Assembly: GCA_005790545.1 (NCBI GenBank)
Contig: SXUL01000106.1
Span: 13,975 to 77,974 of the forward strand
Reading direction: 5' to 3'
DNA length: 64,000 bases
Origin: Planctomycetia bacterium
GTDB lineage: Bacteria > Planctomycetota > GCA-002687715
This document shows, piece by piece, positions 37,906 through 47,567 of the stretch (position 1 is its first letter; each line of letters opens with the position of its first letter). Both the position numbers and the translations under genes were made by a program. The notes under the pieces are model-generated. The model was given only the letters and a program-made list of their open reading frames with translations, did not search any database and was not told the origin of the DNA.

Positions 37906-39333
37906 ATGCAAGCCATTCCCCTCGTGATCGGTGGCCGGCGTGTGGAGACGGACAGGGTCCTCGATGTGCACGCCAAGGCGACAGGCGATGTGCTCGGACG
38001 TGTGTGCCTCGCCGAATCGGCGCACATTGATCAGGCCATCGACGCTGCGGTCCGCGCTGCGCCTGCCATGGCGGCCCTCGCTCTCTGCGATCGCGAACGC
38101 ATCCTCGAAGGCATCTGCACGCAACTCCGTGAGCGCGAGGACGAGTTCGCCCGTCTGCTGTGCCGCGAAGTCGGCAAGCCCATCCGCGATGCGCGCGGTG
38201 AAGTGTCGCGCATGATCGACACCTTCCACGCCGCCGCAGGCGAGGCCGTACGCCCTCACGGAGAAGTGCTGCCCATGGACGCGCTCCCGCGCGGACGCGG
38301 ACTCATCGGCTCCGTGCGCAGGGTGCCCATCGGCCCCGCCGGTTTCATCACACCCTTCAATTTCCCGCTCAATCTCGCAGCGCACAAGATCGCACCCGCC
38401 ATTGCCGCAGGCTGCCCCTTCGTGCTCAAGCCGGCGAGTTTGACGCCACTCACGACACACCTGCTCGCCGATGTGCTCGCGCGTGCGGGCCTGCCGCAGG
38501 GCGCGTTCTCCACCGTGCCCTCCACGCGCGCCGCAGCCGACCTGCTCGTCACCGACGAGCGCCTGAAGCTTCTCTCCTTCACGGGCTCCCCCGCCGTGGG
38601 CTGGGACATGAAGGCCCGCGCAGGGCGGACGAAGGTGGTCCTCGAACTCGGCGGCAACGCGGCCTGCATCGTGGAACCTGATTGGGACGCCGCTGATGCG
38701 TGCGCACGGCTTGTGCTCGGTGCTTTCGCAGGCTCGGGACAGAGTTGCATCAAGACCCAGCGTGTCCTTGTGCATGCGAGCCGCTACGACGACATGCGCG
38801 AGCGCTTCGTCAACGCAACCCTTGCGCTCCGCATGGGCGATCCTGAGGACGAAAGCACGCTCATCGGTCCGCTCATCACGGAGAAGGATGCCGAGCGACT
38901 CGAAGCCTGGATCGTGGCCGCAGTGGCGGGCGGCGCGAGGCTCCTCTGTGGCGGTCGCCGCAAGGGCGCATTCCTCGAGCCCACCATCCTCGAGAATGTG
39001 AGTGCATCCGCGGACATCCGCTGCGAGGAGGCCTTCGGCCCCGTGGTTGTGCTGGACCGCTATGAACGCTTCAGTGAGGCGCTGGCTTGCGTCAACGCCT
39101 CACGCTTCGGATTGCAGGCAGGACTCTTCACTCGCGACTGGGTGCGCGTGGAGGAAGCGTTCCGTGCGCTTGAGGTGGGCGGCCTCATCGTCGGCGACGT
39201 TCCCACGTGGCGGGTGGACCACATGCCTTACGGCGGCGTCAAGGACTCCGGTCTCGGGCGCGAAGGTGTGCGCTGGGCCATGGAGGAAATGACGGAACCA
39301 CGTCTCTTGGTCCAGCGGCAGCCACCCGCATGA
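37906..39333 (+). CDS. NAD(P)-dependent aldehyde dehydrogenase family protein
   Basis: ALDH catalytic motifs LELGGNA (Glu) and GSGQSCIKTQR (Cys) present. 475 aa. Confidence 0.85.
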   Translation: MQAIPLVIGGRRVETDRVLDVHAKATGDVLGRVCLAESAHIDQAIDAAVRAAPAMAALALCDRERILEGICTQLREREDEFARLLCREVGKPIRDARGEVSRMIDTFHAAAGEAVRPHGEVLPMDALPRGRGLIGSVRRVPIGPAGFITPFNFPLNLAAHKIAPAIAAGCPFVLKPASLTPLTTHLLADVLARAGLPQGAFSTVPSTRAAADLLVTDERLKLLSFTGSPAVGWDMKARAGRTKVVLELGGNAACIVEPDWDAADACARLVLGAFAGSGQSCIKTQRVLVHASRYDDMRERFVNATLALRMGDPEDESTLIGPLITEKDAERLEAWIVAAVAGGARLLCGGRRKGAFLEPTILENVSASADIRCEEAFGPVVVLDRYERFSEALACVNASRFGLQAGLFTRDWVRVEEAFRALEVGGLIVGDVPTWRVDHMPYGGVKDSGLGREGVRWAMEEMTEPRLLVQRQPPA

Positions 39334-39454
39334 TCCGAAGCAGGTCGGCTGGCACCAGCAACCCTGCAATCCGCGCAATATCTGGCTCGTGAAAGATCCT
39401 CACTCTGCTGAACCTTTCGCACCCGAGATCCGCTCTATACTCACAGGCCCCGCC

Positions 39455-40057
39455 ATGAACCCAGCACGCACAGCCCTGATCTTCGTCGGATTCCAGAACG
39501 ACTACTTCGCCGCGAACGGCATTCTCAACGCGGCCCTCGAGGACAAGCAGGGGCGTGACCAGACGCTCCGCAACGCGTTGCTGCTCTTGCGCCGCCTCGG
39601 GCCCACCAAGGCGAGCCTCATCGGCACACCAATCCTGTTCACAGAGGGCTACGCGGAATTGCAGAACCCGGTCGGCATTCTGAAGGCCATCAAGGACACC
39701 GGCGCCTTCCGACGTGGCTCGCCCGGCGGCGACACCATTCCCGAGTTCGCCGCATTCGAAGGCCGCATGGATGTGGTGCCCGGCAAGCGCGGGCTCAATG
39801 CGTTCTCGAACACCAATCTCGAGGCCCTCCTGCGCGAACGAAAGATCGAGGATGTGATCGTCCTTGGTGTGGTCACATCGCTCTGCATCGACTCCACGGC
39901 GCGGCAGGCCATGGAACACGGCATCCGCACCACCATCCTGTCGGATGCGACCTCGGGCCGGACCGCCTTCGAGCAAGAGTTCTATTGCGACAAGGTGTTC
40001 CCGCTCTATGCCCAGATGAAGACCACCGAGGAACTCCTTGCCGCACTCGGAGCCTGA
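39455..40057 (+). CDS. isochorismatase-family cysteine hydrolase
   Basis: N-terminal ALIFVGFQNDYF block characteristic of the isochorismatase fold. Start set at the MNPARTAL Met. Confidence 0.7.
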   Translation: MNPARTALIFVGFQNDYFAANGILNAALEDKQGRDQTLRNALLLLRRLGPTKASLIGTPILFTEGYAELQNPVGILKAIKDTGAFRRGSPGGDTIPEFAAFEGRMDVVPGKRGLNAFSNTNLEALLRERKIEDVIVLGVVTSLCIDSTARQAMEHGIRTTILSDATSGRTAFEQEFYCDKVFPLYAQMKTTEELLAALGA

Positions 40058-41573
40058 GCCCTCTCCAGCAAAGCCAGAGCAGTCGCCGACACCGAGCGAG
40101 CTGACCAGCCAGATTCACCAGCGGCTGCTCGAGGACCTGCGCGCATCCGAGTTGCGCTATCGCACGCTCGTGGAACACGTGCCTGCGGTGGTGTTCCGCC
40201 TCGATGCCTCGCAGCACATCGAGTTCGCGAGCCAGGCCCTGACAGACGTCCTCGGCCGCAATCCCGGAGATGCGACCGGGCATTCTTTCAGTGACTACCT
40301 GCACAAGGATGAACGGAAGACTCTCGAGTTTTTCAGGCACGTCAACGACATCGAAGACTCGTTCCTGTTCGCACATGCCGATGGCCGCCCGGTCAGCCTG
40401 AGAGTCACGGCCCATCGCGACGAATACGAAGGCTGGACCGGCGTGCTCACTGACCAGACGCGCATCCACGCGCTGGAAGGCCAGCTCCGTCAGGCTCAGA
40501 AGATGGAAGCCATCGGAAGTCTCGCCGGTGGCGTCGCCCACGATTTCAACAACATCCTCATGGGCATCCTCGGACTCGCGGATTCCCTGGTGCAAGGATT
40601 GCCAGAAGGCGACCCCCGACGCGGCGACGCCTCGGACGTGATGAAGCTCGCCGAGCGCGGCAGCGCCATCACCCACAAACTGCTGCAGATCTCGCGGAAG
40701 AAAGAGGCCACGCCAGAATGCGTGGATCTCTGCCAGCTCTCGCTCGGCATGCGCGACGTCCTGCGTCGGCTCTTGCCGGAGAACATCGAATTGCTTGTGC
40801 AGACACCGCCACACCTCGTGCCTGTGCGCGCGGACCGCACCGGCCTGGAGCAGGTGCTGCTCAATCTCGTGGTGAACGCGCGCGACGCCATGCCCTGGGG
40901 CGGCCGTGTCGTTGTCGACGTGGACACTGCGCCCGAAGGCCCCGTGCCGGTGGCTTCGGTCTGCGTGACCGACTCGGGTACAGGCATGCCGCCCGAAGTG
41001 ATCGAGCGCATCTTTGAACCCTTCTTCAGTACCAAGGGCAAGGGCGGCACGGGCCTCGGTCTCTCGGTCGTGTACGGCATCGTGCAGCAGGCGGGCGGCA
41101 CCATCTCCGTGGAGTCCATCGAATGCCAAGGCACCACCTTCCGCATCCTGCTGCCGCTGGTCGCCATGGCCCCCCCCGCGTCGGCACCACTGTCGGGTGC
41201 CTCTCTGCGCGGCGCACCGCGCACCATCCTGCTCGTGGATGACGACACCACGCTGCTCCGCATCATGCGCGCGGGCTTGGAACGTGCAGGCCATGTGATT
41301 TTCGAGAGTACCTGCGTCCGTGGGGCCCTCGATCAGATCGATGCGCAGCCCGGGATTGACCTCATCATCACGGACCTCGGCATCGGGAATGCGTCCGGCA
41401 ATGAACTCGTGAATGCGTTGCGCGCGCGACACCTCACCACGCCAGTCCTCATCGTCACTGGCGAGGGCGATGACGGAACCCCGCTTCAGGCGCCGGTGCA
41501 TGCGGTGCTTGCAAAACCCTTGCGCATCCCCGAACTCGTTGCAGCCGTGGCCGCGACGCCGCGAAAAACCTGA
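40038..41573 (+). CDS. hybrid sensor histidine kinase/response regulator (PAS - HisKA - HATPase - REC)
   Basis: H-box LAGGVAHDFNNIL, N/G boxes (LVVNARDAM, DSGTGMPPEV, GGTGLGLS) and C-terminal receiver ILLVDDD...D. Confidence 0.8.
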   Translation: MPHSEPEPSPAKPEQSPTPSELTSQIHQRLLEDLRASELRYRTLVEHVPAVVFRLDASQHIEFASQALTDVLGRNPGDATGHSFSDYLHKDERKTLEFFRHVNDIEDSFLFAHADGRPVSLRVTAHRDEYEGWTGVLTDQTRIHALEGQLRQAQKMEAIGSLAGGVAHDFNNILMGILGLADSLVQGLPEGDPRRGDASDVMKLAERGSAITHKLLQISRKKEATPECVDLCQLSLGMRDVLRRLLPENIELLVQTPPHLVPVRADRTGLEQVLLNLVVNARDAMPWGGRVVVDVDTAPEGPVPVASVCVTDSGTGMPPEVIERIFEPFFSTKGKGGTGLGLSVVYGIVQQAGGTISVESIECQGTTFRILLPLVAMAPPASAPLSGASLRGAPRTILLVDDDTTLLRIMRAGLERAGHVIFESTCVRGALDQIDAQPGIDLIITDLGIGNASGNELVNALRARHLTTPVLIVTGEGDDGTPLQAPVHAVLAKPLRIPELVAAVAATPRKT

Positions 41574-41575
41574 GC

Positions 41576-43474
41576 CTAGCGGCGCGCCTGAAGAAGCGTC
41601 GACACCTCCTTGAAAACCACGGCCTTTGCAGAGCCTTGAGCGCGCACGCGCCACTTGGTCGGTTTCCCTTGCACAAGCGGCAGCACAAGCCGCATCTGGG
41701 CTGCCGGTTTCTCGATGACGAGTTGCTCACCGCACTCGGCGCTCGTGAGTTCGATGCGCTCGCACGCGCCCGTCGTGAGCTGCACGAACAGCGCGCGCTC
41801 ATCCGCCCCGGCCAGGTGCTCGAGATCCGCCTCCCACCCCCCCGGAACGGCACCCACTGGCGTCGGCACGGAAACAGCGGCACCAACTGTCAGCGGCGAA
41901 GCCAGCGACACCTTGTCGATCCTCACGCGCGCCTGGTCCGCCAGATCGAGCAGTGCGCAATGAAAGCCCTCGGCAAGACCTGACCCAAAGAGTGGCACGT
42001 GCACGCGGCGCGCACCGGGAGGCCAGGGAATGTACAGATGCGTAGGCCCGACATTGAGGCCAAAGGTCGGCGCTCCGGACAGCACTTCTCCTTCGATGAC
42101 CACACCGAACGAGCCGTCTGCAGGGTGCACGAACGCGCCGGGCGCTGCTCCCCATGCAATGCCGCGGGATGTGAGCGCATGCTCGCCGGGAACAAGGCGT
42201 GGACGGGCGACCATGGCCGGCCGCAGCGTTTCTGGCACTGGCGCTGGTGGCTCGATGCCTGTCTGCGAAAAGACGAGCTTCTTCGGTGCCACCTGATCCG
42301 TCAGGAAATCAGTCAGGAGGAATTCGAAGGCCACGGCGCGCGGGACGATGCCCCTTTCACGCGCGGCCACGAGATCGGTGACGAGCTGGAGCATGATCCA
42401 CTCGGCATCCACCGCGATGAAGTCCTTGATGAAGCCGCGCTCTCCGGCGTACCACTCGAGCATCTGTTTGAAGTGGACGAAGCTCGAAAAACTGGACCCA
42501 TAGTGCGCCCACGGGCGCTGCATGTCCGGAGCTGCCAGAGTGGCTTGATCACCCGTGAACTTCTCGATGGGCACCTCGCCGAGCGCGCCCATTGCGCGCA
42601 GAGCTTTGCCCGTCAGGTCCCCGTGGTGCATGGCGCGGATGTCCATGCCTCCGCTGACGAGCAAGTCCCCGGCATCGAGTTCGTTGCCCGCCTCTTCCCA
42701 GTGCGATGCCTGTTCGTGGACGCTGCTCAGGATTCCCATTGCCTCCATCTCCGCGCGCGCTGTCACACGCGCCGCGCGGTGGGTCCAATGCGTGTCTGTG
42801 CGCAGAAAGTGCTGACCACCAGCCTCACGCATGGCGCCAAGCACATCCACAACGTGGAGCCCGCGTGCCCGCCACGCAGCGATGAAGCGCTCGTAGTCCG
42901 CCGCGTCGCTCTGGAAGCCTGCGGGCAGGTGCTCCGGGTGAACCATCGACTTGTCCGGAATGGGAACCAGCACGAGGCGCGTTCCCATTGCGGCAAGCAC
43001 GCGGTCGAATGCGATGAGGACTCGGATCGCTTCGCGCTGCGCCAGCGGCGCAGTGCGGCGCTCGGGCTGCACACGCGCCTTCATGTAGAGCCAGCCATCC
43101 GCACCGGGAATGACACTGCTGTGAGGCATCCGCCCGGCGCCGAAGAGAAACGCAGACCAGAGCGGGAGTGTCGCTTCACGCACACGCGACGTGTCGCGGA
43201 GGTCCCATTCCAGAAGCCGCATGCGTGTGCCATCCATCCACTGCGTGGCAGCCCGCTGCTCCTCAAGGCGCTGAGCATGAATGCCCGCCAGAGGCTTCGG
43301 CGCCGCAGGCCAGCAGAGATCCACCAGCGCGGCCCCGACGATGATGACGAGGAACCCCACGCTCACGATGCGCTGCGCCCGCCGGTCGAGCAGCACGCTG
43401 CCTGCGCGCACCTCGCCCGCGAGTGACCGCGTCGCGGCACTGGTGTCAGAACTGGTAGTAGAGGAAGGGCACAT
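41576..43474 (-). CDS. AlgX/AlgJ-like SGNH-type polysaccharide O-acetyltransferase with C-terminal carbohydrate-binding-like domain
   Basis: Conserved DxHW signature (LRTDTHWT), N-terminal TM anchor, beta-rich C-terminal domain. Paired with upstream MBOAT gene (29-bp overlap). Start approximate. Confidence 0.6.
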   Translation of the reverse strand: MCPSSTTSSDTSAATRSLAGEVRAGSVLLDRRAQRIVSVGFLVIIVGAALVDLCWPAAPKPLAGIHAQRLEEQRAATQWMDGTRMRLLEWDLRDTSRVREATLPLWSAFLFGAGRMPHSSVIPGADGWLYMKARVQPERRTAPLAQREAIRVLIAFDRVLAAMGTRLVLVPIPDKSMVHPEHLPAGFQSDAADYERFIAAWRARGLHVVDVLGAMREAGGQHFLRTDTHWTHRAARVTARAEMEAMGILSSVHEQASHWEEAGNELDAGDLLVSGGMDIRAMHHGDLTGKALRAMGALGEVPIEKFTGDQATLAAPDMQRPWAHYGSSFSSFVHFKQMLEWYAGERGFIKDFIAVDAEWIMLQLVTDLVAARERGIVPRAVAFEFLLTDFLTDQVAPKKLVFSQTGIEPPAPVPETLRPAMVARPRLVPGEHALTSRGIAWGAAPGAFVHPADGSFGVVIEGEVLSGAPTFGLNVGPTHLYIPWPPGARRVHVPLFGSGLAEGFHCALLDLADQARVRIDKVSLASPLTVGAAVSVPTPVGAVPGGWEADLEHLAGADERALFVQLTTGACERIELTSAECGEQLVIEKPAAQMRLVLPLVQGKPTKWRVRAQGSAKAVVFKEVSTLLQARR

Positions 43475-44831
43475 GGTCCTGCCAATGCAGATGGAGCATG
43501 GTGAGAGGAAGAAGGATGGCCGCGCAAACCACTGTGCGCGGACTCGCGTTCGCGACGATCTCCCGTGTGGATGGAGCAAACAGAGCCAGCACCCCAGCGA
43601 GTGCGAGGATGGCGTATTGCATAGGAGCGACCACGAGCAGGGAATCCCCGCCGTTCCCCGCCAGGGCTGCAAACCAGTCGAGCGCATCGCTCATGGAGTG
43701 GGCCCGGAAGAGCACCCAGCCCAGCATCACGCACAGCAGTGTCAGTCCGACCTGCAGCGCACGCGGCAGCCACTGCTGAAAACGGCGGAACATGGCCACG
43801 CGTTCAATGGAAAGCAGGAGCCCGTGCCACGCACCCCACGCGATGAAGGTCCAGTTCGCCCCGTGCCAGAGGCCCCCCAGCAACATGGTGAGCAGGAGAT
43901 TCACCTGCGTGCGGAGGGGCCCCTTCCTGCGGCCGCCGAGCGGAATGTAGAGGTAGTCCCGGAGCCACGTGCTGAGCGTGATGTGCCAGCGGCGCCAGAA
44001 TTCGGTGATGCTCGCCGCCTTGTAGGGCGATTCGAAGTTGAACGGGAAGCGGAGTCCGAGCATCAGCCCGAGGCCGATGGCCATATCGGAGTAACCCGAG
44101 AAATCGCAGTAGATCTGCAGCGTGTAGGCGGCCAGACCGGTCCACGCGAGGCCAGCGGAAGCGGGTGTCCCCGCATCAAACAGGCCGCTCACGACGGGTG
44201 CGAGGAGGTCTGCGAGCAGCACCTTCTTCGCAAGTCCGAAGATGAACCAGAGCACTCCCTGCGCGAAGGACGGCACCGTCATCCGGTGCACGGCCATCTG
44301 ATCGGCCACGTCCGCATAGCGCACGATGGGCCCGGCGACGAGTTGCGGGAAAAGCGAAACGAAACAGAGGAAATCGCCGAAGTGCCGCGTGGCCTTGAGG
44401 TCGCCACGGTACACATCGATGGTGTAGCTCATGCTCTGGAAGGTGTAGAAGGAGATGCCGACAGGAAGCAGCACTTCCACCCACGGTACTGGAGGCGCTC
44501 CCTGCCAGAGCAGCACGTCATTGAAGATGCCAACGGCGAAGTTGGCGTACTTGAACCACGCAAGCAACCCGAGATTCGCGATGACGGAGAGGACAAGCCA
44601 GCCGCGGCCGCTGCCGCCACGTCTGCGCGCATGATCAATGAGCAGCGCGGCCCCGAAGTCGAAACTCGCGGTGGCCAGCATCAGCAGCGCGTAGTCGGGA
44701 CGCCACCAGCCGTAGAAAAGAAAGCTCGCCGCGGTGAGAAATGGATTGCGCAGCCAGCGCGGCAGCAGCAGCGTGCCGATGAGCACGAGCGGCAGGAACC
44801 AGTAGAGAAACACCTGACTAGCGAAGACCAT
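43446..44831 (-). CDS. MBOAT family membrane O-acyltransferase (AlgI/DltB-like)
   Basis: Polytopic membrane protein with the MBOAT catalytic His block WRRWHITLSTWLRDYLYIPLGG. Confidence 0.85.
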   Translation of the reverse strand: MVFASQVFLYWFLPLVLIGTLLLPRWLRNPFLTAASFLFYGWWRPDYALLMLATASFDFGAALLIDHARRRGGSGRGWLVLSVIANLGLLAWFKYANFAVGIFNDVLLWQGAPPVPWVEVLLPVGISFYTFQSMSYTIDVYRGDLKATRHFGDFLCFVSLFPQLVAGPIVRYADVADQMAVHRMTVPSFAQGVLWFIFGLAKKVLLADLLAPVVSGLFDAGTPASAGLAWTGLAAYTLQIYCDFSGYSDMAIGLGLMLGLRFPFNFESPYKAASITEFWRRWHITLSTWLRDYLYIPLGGRRKGPLRTQVNLLLTMLLGGLWHGANWTFIAWGAWHGLLLSIERVAMFRRFQQWLPRALQVGLTLLCVMLGWVLFRAHSMSDALDWFAALAGNGGDSLLVVAPMQYAILALAGVLALFAPSTREIVANASPRTVVCAAILLPLTMLHLHWQDHVPFLYYQF

Positions 44832-44907
44832 TCTGGCGTCAGGCCCCTGTCACGCGGGAAATCCTACCCCGGTCTTTGCGCATGTCAGGAAGTTATCCTC
44901 ACCCGCC

Positions 44908-46890
44908 ATGAGCCCACGGCCGCAGCAGCGCAGAACCCGAACAGCAACACGGAAATCCCCGCGCGGGGGCCGCGCGCCCGCACTCGCAGCAGATGCGGAG
45001 TGGCTGGAGACTGACGGCCTCGGTGGCTACGCCATGTTGCCTGTCATGGGAGCGCGCACGCGCCGGTACCACGCACTCCTCACCACGGCCCTCGAGGCTC
45101 CGCTCGGGCGCCATGCGCTGCTGAAGGACCTCCTCGTCTGGTTCCAGTCGGATTCCGGCACCACGGCGCTGAGCACCGCGCGCTTCGCGGATGGCACAGA
45201 AGAGCCGACCAACGGCGCAACGCTGAAGAGCTTCCGCGCCGAACCGTGGCCCACCTGGCAATGGCGTACTCCGGATGGTCACGACATCGAAATCGAGTGT
45301 TTCCTCGCCCATGAAGCGCGCACGCTGGTGTGGCGGGCACGCCGCACGCGCGGGCGCGGCCCGGCCTGGATTCACATCCGGCCTTTGCTCGGGGGCACAC
45401 CCCATCACGCCCTCACCCATGCCAACGAAGAACTGGCAACGGAGCCGGTCGGGGCCCATGGCTTCCGCGCGCTCTGGCGGAGGCACGGCTCTGAGCTGCG
45501 CGTTGGTTCCGATGCGCCGCACGCTCATGAGCCACGCTGGTGGTTCAACTTTCATCTCGCGGAAGAGGAAGCCCGCGGTCATGACTGCGTGGAGGACCTC
45601 TTGCAACCCGGTGTGTTCAGCGGCGACCTGCTGCAAGGACCGGTGCACCTTGTCGCGACGCTGGCGCCAGATCTGCCGGAAGCGCCTGAGGAACTCGCAC
45701 GCCGGGCCGGACAGCTCCGCGCAGCCGAAGCGAAACGGCGCAAGACCCTCGGCGATGCACTGCACCGCGCGGCAGACCAGTACCTCGTGCGACGCGGCGA
45801 CAAGCGCTCGCTCATCGCGGGATATCCGTGGTTCGGCGACTATGGCCGCGACACCATGCTCGCTCTGCGTGGTCTTCTGCATGCAACCGGCCGACATGAC
45901 GAAGCACGCACAGTGCTCGCTGCATGGGCCGGACTTGTGGATGAGCAGGGAGCGCTTCCAAACACCTTCGCGGAAGCGGGTGGCAGTGCGCTGCTGAACA
46001 GCGCCGATGCTCCGCTCTGGTTCGCCGTGGTGGCGGCGGAACATCTTTCCCTGCGGGCCGCGAAGCACGCCCGCGCCGAGCGGAAAACCATTCGCGCGGC
46101 CGCCCTGCGCGTCTTGCAGGGCATTCTCGCAGGCCGTCATCCGCTGCTGCGTCTCGGTGACGACGGACTCCTCTCACACGGATCGGGCAGCACGCAACTC
46201 ACCTGGATGGATGCCATGGTGCAAGGCACGCCCGTCACGCCACGCGCCGGCAAAGCCGTGGAGATTCAGGCCCTCTGGCTCAATGCGCTTCATCTCTGGG
46301 CCGGCGAACAGAAAGGCGCACGGAAGATCCTCGCCCGCGGGCGCAAGAATTTCCGCGCGCGCTTCGTGTTGCCGGGAGCCACACACCTCGCCGATGTGGT
46401 GGACGTGGAACACGAACCAGGTCGCATCGATGCGAGTCTCCGCCCGAACCAGATCTTCGCCCTCGGTGCGCTGCCGCTCACCTTGGTGCCGCGCGCGATG
46501 GCGCGCACCATGCTCGAACACGTGGAGATGGCGCTCGTCACGGACGCAGGGCTCCGCACTCTCGACCCGGGCGCTGCCGAGTACCGCGGTCGCTGCACAG
46601 GGTCAGCTGCGGAGCGCGATAGTGCTTACCACCAGGGCACGGTCTGGCCGTGGCTCAGCGCGCCCTTCGTCGAGGCCTGGGTGCGCCAACGCGGCGACAC
46701 GCAGCAAGCGCGGAACGAAGCGCGCAAACGTTTCTTCAGCCCGCTCCTCGCGCGCTTTGGAAGCCCCGGGCTCGGGCACCTCGCGGAAATCATGGATGGC
46801 GACGAGCCGCACGCTCCGCGCGGGGCACCATTCCAGGCCTGGAGCCTTGGCGCCGTGCTGCACCTCGAGCGCGTCGTTCTCGCCCGCTGA
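44908..46890 (+). CDS. glycogen debranching enzyme family protein (GDE N-terminal domain + amylo-alpha-1,6-glucosidase)
   Basis: N-terminal EWLETDGLGGYAM....RRYHALL block and C-terminal (alpha/alpha)6 glucosidase blocks (GYPWFGDYGRDTMLAL). Confidence 0.75.
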   Translation: MSPRPQQRRTRTATRKSPRGGRAPALAADAEWLETDGLGGYAMLPVMGARTRRYHALLTTALEAPLGRHALLKDLLVWFQSDSGTTALSTARFADGTEEPTNGATLKSFRAEPWPTWQWRTPDGHDIEIECFLAHEARTLVWRARRTRGRGPAWIHIRPLLGGTPHHALTHANEELATEPVGAHGFRALWRRHGSELRVGSDAPHAHEPRWWFNFHLAEEEARGHDCVEDLLQPGVFSGDLLQGPVHLVATLAPDLPEAPEELARRAGQLRAAEAKRRKTLGDALHRAADQYLVRRGDKRSLIAGYPWFGDYGRDTMLALRGLLHATGRHDEARTVLAAWAGLVDEQGALPNTFAEAGGSALLNSADAPLWFAVVAAEHLSLRAAKHARAERKTIRAAALRVLQGILAGRHPLLRLGDDGLLSHGSGSTQLTWMDAMVQGTPVTPRAGKAVEIQALWLNALHLWAGEQKGARKILARGRKNFRARFVLPGATHLADVVDVEHEPGRIDASLRPNQIFALGALPLTLVPRAMARTMLEHVEMALVTDAGLRTLDPGAAEYRGRCTGSAAERDSAYHQGTVWPWLSAPFVEAWVRQRGDTQQARNEARKRFFSPLLARFGSPGLGHLAEIMDGDEPHAPRGAPFQAWSLGAVLHLERVVLAR

Positions 46891-46962
46891 AGCGCGCGCT
46901 TTCCCCGGCGTTGCCGCGGGAAAGCCTGCGCAGTATCCTCACACTCCCATTGGAGACGGCAC

Positions 46963-47229
46963 GTGTCCGACGCAACGACGGTCCCCCTGCGCTACACCAA
47001 GACCTTCAAGCTCTACACGGCGGAGTTCGACGCCCGCGTGGTGGAGCATGTGCGCGCGTTTGCGAAGGCTCGCGCCACCATCACCTTCCACGAAGACAAG
47101 TCCATCGTGAAGGTGACGGGCACTCAGCCCGAGATCACCACCCTGCTTGAAGAACTGAAGCAGCGCTTCAACTACATCCCGCCCGAGGATCGCGAAGAAG
47201 CAAAGACCGAGGAACCCGCCGCGGAGTGA
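46963..47229 (+). CDS. hypothetical small protein (88 aa)
   Basis: Compact ORF in an otherwise empty gap upstream of rlmN. No motif recognised. Confidence 0.35.
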   Translation: MSDATTVPLRYTKTFKLYTAEFDARVVEHVRAFAKARATITFHEDKSIVKVTGTQPEITTLLEELKQRFNYIPPEDREEAKTEEPAAE

Positions 47230-47251
47230 TGCGCGGACCGGTGAGGCCCTC

Positions 47252-47563
47252 ATGAGCAACAAACCCATCCTCAGCGTCAAGTGCCCCTGCTGCCAGCACA
47301 TCCTCGAAGTGAGTGTGGAGCAGGAACGGGTCTTGAGTTGGCGGAAGGGCGTACATCTCACGGAGGACCGCCGCGAAGGCGAGGACTCCATGGATGCGGC
47401 CCTGCGCAACAAGCGCGAGGCGGATGCGCGCGTGGTGGACGAGTTCACCAAGGCTGAGGAGAACGTGCGCTCCGCGAAAGAACGCGTGGACGACCTCTTC
47501 CGCGAAGCGACGCGCAAGGCGAAGGAAAAGGGCGAAGACGCCCCGCGGAAAATCTGGGACTGA
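47252..47563 (+). CDS. hypothetical small protein with N-terminal CPCC zinc-ribbon-like motif and charged coiled-coil tail
   Basis: KCPCCQHILEV followed by a Glu/Arg/Lys-rich helix. Ends 4 nt before rlmN. Confidence 0.35.
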   Translation: MSNKPILSVKCPCCQHILEVSVEQERVLSWRKGVHLTEDRREGEDSMDAALRNKREADARVVDEFTKAEENVRSAKERVDDLFREATRKAKEKGEDAPRKIWD

Positions 47564-47567
47564 GCTC

